IMG/VR virus record: IMGVR_UViG_2928510474_000005
Span: 4,425-68,424 of that record
DNA: 64,000 bases
Source of the DNA: a virus
Taxonomy: Duplodnaviria > Caudoviricetes
Reading direction: 5' to 3' (one strand)
In this document: positions 62,966 to 64,000 of the stretch, piece by piece
Layout: the number at the start of each line of letters is the position of its first letter
Numbering within the stretch: position 1 is the stretch's first letter
Translations under genes and position numbers: made by a program
Notes under the pieces: generated by a model
Told to the model about the DNA's origin: nothing
The model's database searches: none
The model's input: only the letters and a program-made list of their open reading frames with translations

Positions 62966-64000
62966 TTATTGAAACTTAACGCTACCTTTCCGTTTCTGAC
63001 GCGAATTAATTAACGCTTCAACCGGCGACGCCTTGTCGTGTATCTCCTTAATATCGGCGCTGGCGAACTGGACGTAGCGCTGCGTCATCGATATGTCCGT
63101 ATGTCCGAGTATCTTCATTAGCGCGAATGGGTCGCCACCATTACGAAGAAACTTAACAGCGAAATAGTGTCGGAATGTGTGCGGACTTACGCGGGCCTTG
63201 ATCGGCGATACTGCTCGATTTGCGTATTTTTTAAGCATCTTCGCGAATGTATCTCCGTAGTAACGCTCGCCATACTGTGTTAAAAATATAAACTCGGCGT
63301 CATCCTCGTCGCCAACGCCTGTGTAATCGAACAGACTACGTAGTAAATCGGCAGTCGAGCGACTCATCGGAACAATGCGAGCGCGGCGATTCTTCGTTAT
63401 TTCCGCACGTAAGGATATTTGACGGTAAATTAAGTCGACGTCACCACGCACCAACGCGGACATTTCGCCGATGCGCATTCCTGTGTCCGTCATGAGTATC
63501 ATCATTACGTAATCGCGCAGTCCTGTATAGGTTCTCCGACGAGGGGACGCAAGCAACGTTTCGATTTCTTCGTCCGTAAATATCTCGAAAGTTTCGATAT
63601 CTTCCGTCTGTAGCCCGACATCTTGCGCCGGATTAATGCCGATGTGCTTCTTCGCGATTGCCCAATTGTAAAATACGCGCAGGACTCGGATTGCGTTATT
63701 AGCTGTCCTCGCTGACACGCCAACAACCTCGGATACATTCGTCGGGTGATCGTCCCATTTCGTTTTGTCGAACGTCAAGTAACGCACATACTCGCGCACA
63801 CAGTCGCCCTCATTTCCGTTGTATCCCTGCGTTGCGCAATATTTCGCAAAGTGGGAAAGTGTCTGCCTATACGTCCGTATCGTATCGGGACTCCGTTTCT
63901 GCAACATCTTATCATCGATGAATAGTTCGACCGTAGCGTCATAGTTGAAATTGCGCCCTAACTCCGACGAATTTCGATTCTTAAATTCAAACTTCCGCAT
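62966..64000 (-). CDS. int: Tyrosine recombinase / phage integrase
   Basis: SAM-like N-domain; DTGMRIGE, ITKNRRAR, HTFRH, LGHTDISMTQRYV. Confidence 0.95.
   Translation of the reverse strand: MRKFEFKNRNSSELGRNFNYDATVELFIDDKMLQKRSPDTIRTYRQTLSHFAKYCATQGYNGNEGDCVREYVRYLTFDKTKWDDHPTNVSEVVGVSARTANNAIRVLRVFYNWAIAKKHIGINPAQDVGLQTEDIETFEIFTDEEIETLLASPRRRTYTGLRDYVMMILMTDTGMRIGEMSALVRGDVDLIYRQISLRAEITKNRRARIVPMSRSTADLLRSLFDYTGVGDEDDAEFIFLTQYGERYYGDTFAKMLKKYANRAVSPIKARVSPHTFRHYFAVKFLRNGGDPFALMKILGHTDISMTQRYVQFASADIKEIHDKASPVEALINSRQKRKGSVKFQ

Noticed and set aside
1-64000. tRNA, rRNA or CRISPR arrays
   Set aside because: No cloverleaf with T-loop GTTCRA and CCA end, and no regularly spaced repeats with unique spacers, recognised by eye; a tRNAscan/CRISPR finder run would be needed to exclude them fully.
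1-64000. Genome-wide TAG recoding suggested by the in-frame TAG at 3026
   Set aside because: TAG terminates terL, the tailspike, 41994..42413 and 11298..11465 at sensible positions, and no suppressor tRNA was seen.
62923-64000. attP/attL/attR core near the integrase
   Set aside because: No long direct repeat shared between the window ends was noticed; the integrase 5' flank lies outside the window.

Overview
The window is a complete or nearly complete ~64 kb temperate Bacillota (Bacillales-type) myophage genome. It starts inside the early operon and ends at the first codon of the integrase. Order: DNA methylase, helicase loader, helicase and primase (1-6.4 kb); a two-HTH lysis/lysogeny switch and a phage sigma factor (6.5-7.8 kb); SSB, family A DNA polymerase, nucleases, RuvC, class I RNR, dUTPase, ThyX and a C5 methylase (8-27 kb); an accessory block (28.8-34.1 kb) with a ~470 nt densely base-paired non-coding region, a moron, a Mom-like DNA-modifying enzyme, a Rep-like protein with 21-bp direct repeats and a serine resolvase; TerL, TerS-like HTH, portal, capsid and a PBSX Xkd-like contractile tail (34.5-52.6 kb); an AT-rich beta-helix tailspike plus O-acetyltransferase, a GIY-YIG endonuclease, fibre genes, holins and an amidase (52.6-60.3 kb); an SOS-boxed yolD, a ParM/ParR-like pair with upstream repeats and a tyrosine integrase (60.4-64 kb). 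Best candidates for new biology: (1) the large ornate ncRNA candidate at 28.86-29.33 kb; (2) a plasmid-maintenance kit (Rep + iterons, resolvase + res, ParMRC) together with an integrase; (3) a phage-sigma promoter motif ACTCCGCAC-N12/13-AACGATA, found four times; (4) recurrent non-canonical ATC/CTG starts behind strong SD sequences, including on the Mom-like gene; (5) a 26-bp three-way-junction hairpin before ssb; (6) the tailspike/acetyltransferase pair. All protein calls rest on motif recognition by eye and gene order; no database search or folding program was run.
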